A program made the position numbers and the translations under genes. Under the pieces are notes generated by a model. The model was given only the letters and a program-made list of their open reading frames with translations, was not told the DNA's origin and made no database searches. 64,000 nucleotides of DNA from Cenococcum geophilum (Eukaryota): positions 9,920,001 through 9,984,000 of the forward strand of contig CP158636.1 in the NCBI GenBank assembly GCA_050273025.1, in the 5' to 3' direction. Below are positions 61,681-64,000 of this stretch, in pieces; positions within the stretch are counted from its first letter, which is position 1; each line of letters begins with the position of its first letter.

Positions 61681-64000
61681 TATTACGGGACGGGGGCAGT
61701 GGCTACAAAGCGTATATATTCGAGGAGTCTACAAGACGTTACGCAATTAATCGTAAGGGTTAAGGGCGTAAGGAGGTAATATACCTACGCGTAGCTGACA
61801 TAGGCTGTACGCGAGGTATACGCGAGAGCACGGGGCTCTCCTATAGAGGCCCCTGCGGTGGGGTTCCGTAATACTACCCCCCCTCTTATAGAGGCGGAGC
61901 TCCGGCGACGCTGTGGTTACTATATACATATAGAAGAGACACTTAAGGTATAGAAAAGAAGAAAAAGGGGGATATCGCTAAAGGCTTAAAACAACGTTAT
62001 ATAATAGGGCTTGGCATCTAAGAATCCGACTAATTAGATAACTTTAACCGCCGGTTAAAGTTCCTAGATATCTTAACGATATTCCGGTTACGTGATCGCA
62101 CTTTACTGCAATCTAACGGCAATCTAACGGCAATTTGCCCTTACGTGGTAATGTATAACGGTTTAACTCTATAAGGGCTCCTATAGGGGATTAGGTATAA
62201 AGTCTCTGCTTAGGCCTAGTTTCTATAGGTTTACGTAGTAAAAGTCGCTAATTAAATCCTTTGCATTTTTAAAGTCTTCCTATAATTGCCATTCTGGCTA
62301 ATCTATGTCAAATCCTATATATATAGCTCTGTAGTAGAGCCATCGTCCTCTACCTTTGCTAAAGTATTTAGAGTCAATAATTTATTTAACGGTCCACTCC
62401 TTATAGTTCTTATCTTCGTTCTTATCTCGGATTAATACTAGTAGGGGTTTAGGCTATATCTGCCCTAGTAAGGGGTTAGGCTAATAGAGGTATAGTAGCT
62501 ATAGGTAAAATACGGGCTATATCCCACTGGTGGCTAGGATAGGTAGGAGTTCTAGCTTATATATAGCTTCCCTATTAATAACTTATTTAATTAGATAGGG
62601 GCCAAGGTTCTTATAATCAAGTAACTTTATAGGCCTCTGCGTAGAGATATTATGTATATTTAGCTATACCTAGTCGCCAATACGCATCTCCAGTGGTGGC
62701 GTTCTATAACAGTCGGCGAAGTAGGCCTACTTTACTTAAGCCCAGGCCATTTCTCCCTTGCAGTAGTCGAGTAGATTTTTTATATGGTCTACATACTAGT
62801 TAGCAAGTAGTATCTTAAGGCGTTTTCTATATAGCAGTTTCTTATTAATAGGTTCTAGTAGCTCTATGCCGGATTAGGGGTAATAACCCTTATTCGCAAA
62901 GAACGGGGTAAGTCCTATAGTAGTTAAGACGTAGTTATTTGCTGCGAATTCACCTAGTAGGAGGTAATCTACCCAGTTATCTTAACTATAGGTAACTACC
63001 TACCATAGGTACGCTTTTATACTGGCATTAGCGTTTTCTAGTTACCTAGTAGTTTTATAGTAAAAGGATATAGACATCTTAACGGAGATACTAAGGCGTT
63101 AGCAGATTTGTCTCTATATATCGGAGTTAAATTATATGCCTCGGTCGGACGTAATCAAGTTAGGTAACCTATATAGTCGGTAAACTTCGCGGAGAAAGGC
63201 GTCAGTAACATTACTAACGGCTACGCCTTCGGTTAGGACGTAGTGGCGCTCTTTTATAAGTCGGTATATTATTATAAGGATGTTCTTATAGGTACGGCCG
63301 TATCGTTTATAGGGTAGTAGGTTAATAACGAAATCTATAGTGATATCTGCCTATCGTCGTATAGGTACTAGTAAAGGGTGCAGTAGTCCTTAGTACTTTA
63401 TATTAAAGGCCTTAGCGCGCTTACAACCGTAGTAGGCGCCTATAAAGCATTTAACTAAGTCTATCATTTTTGGCCAGAAGTAGTATCGGCTAAGAAGCTT
63501 ATAGGTTCCTTCTTTACTTAGGTAGCCGCTTAATCGGAGGTCGTAGGCCATTTAGATTAGTTGCCGTTATAAATTTTCTAAGTTAGGGATAAATAGGCGG
63601 CCTCTATAATAGAGCCTGTTCTCTTTTACTTTTAAAGCTACTATATTAATCTAGCCTAAGCTTTAGAGGTTAGTAGGTAACGTATAGGCGCTAGCGGTCT
63701 TTACGGTAATAAGTTAATACAGTAATAGGTTAATAAAGGCGTCATATGCCGTAATAATAAGCTCGTTAATTTTAGGAGGGAACTCTAGTTTTATAGTATA
63801 AATCTAGGGTATAGTTAGCTCTATTATAGGTAGTATACCTAGGGCTAAATTTTATGCTTTTAGGATCGTCTGTTATTGGAACTAATTATAAAGGTTATCT
63901 TTAGACTAAGGAAGGTCTTACGAGTGGTGTATTAGGCTATTAGGTTTAGTACCTTATACTCCTAGTCTATATACAATTTTAAAGTTAAAACTAGAGAGGA
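61681..64000 (-). mobile_element. Gypsy family C copy 2: integrase, chromodomain, PPT and 3' LTR (61681-61873); continues beyond the window
   Basis: PPT (plus-strand CTACCCCCCCTCTT at 61874), chromodomain remnant ~62230-62400, integrase ITSDRG ~63125-63160 and HHCC region ~63430-63550. Confidence 0.88.

Noticed and set aside
55294..61873. One large element bounded by 193-bp inverted repeats
   Set aside because: These are LTRs of two oppositely oriented family C copies; the right one has its own PPT and integrase further right.

Overview
Filamentous ascomycete (Pezizomycotina-type) DNA: GT-AG introns with CTAAC/CTAAT branch sites, and pervasive RIP (CpA>TpA, TpG>TpA). All coordinates and de-RIP translations were read by eye. 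(1) 1-30.7 kb is an AT-rich nest of RIP-killed transposons whose order follows from intact target-site duplications (TSDs). A Fot1/pogo-like end holds Gypsy B; B holds a full Copia, which holds a full chromoviral Gypsy A1, which holds a 1.5-kb poly(A) retro-insertion with two tandem arrays. B's LTR also holds a full Gypsy A2, which holds a 1-kb non-autonomous LINE partner. (2) 30.8-54 kb is a gene island: LisH-WD40, SET-MYND, three pseudogenes (F-box-like/unknown, GH88, fungal-specific TF), a complete 8.7-kb helicase-encoding TIR transposon (AcademH-like), a SAM methyltransferase and an SNG1/DUF3533 membrane protein. (3) 54.3-64 kb is a second nest of retroelements. The most interesting signals are the AcademH-like element, Zn2Cys6-like accessory ORFs in two unrelated TE classes, the retrotransposed RNA with 14 tandem hairpins, and a palindromic module shared by three retroelement contexts.
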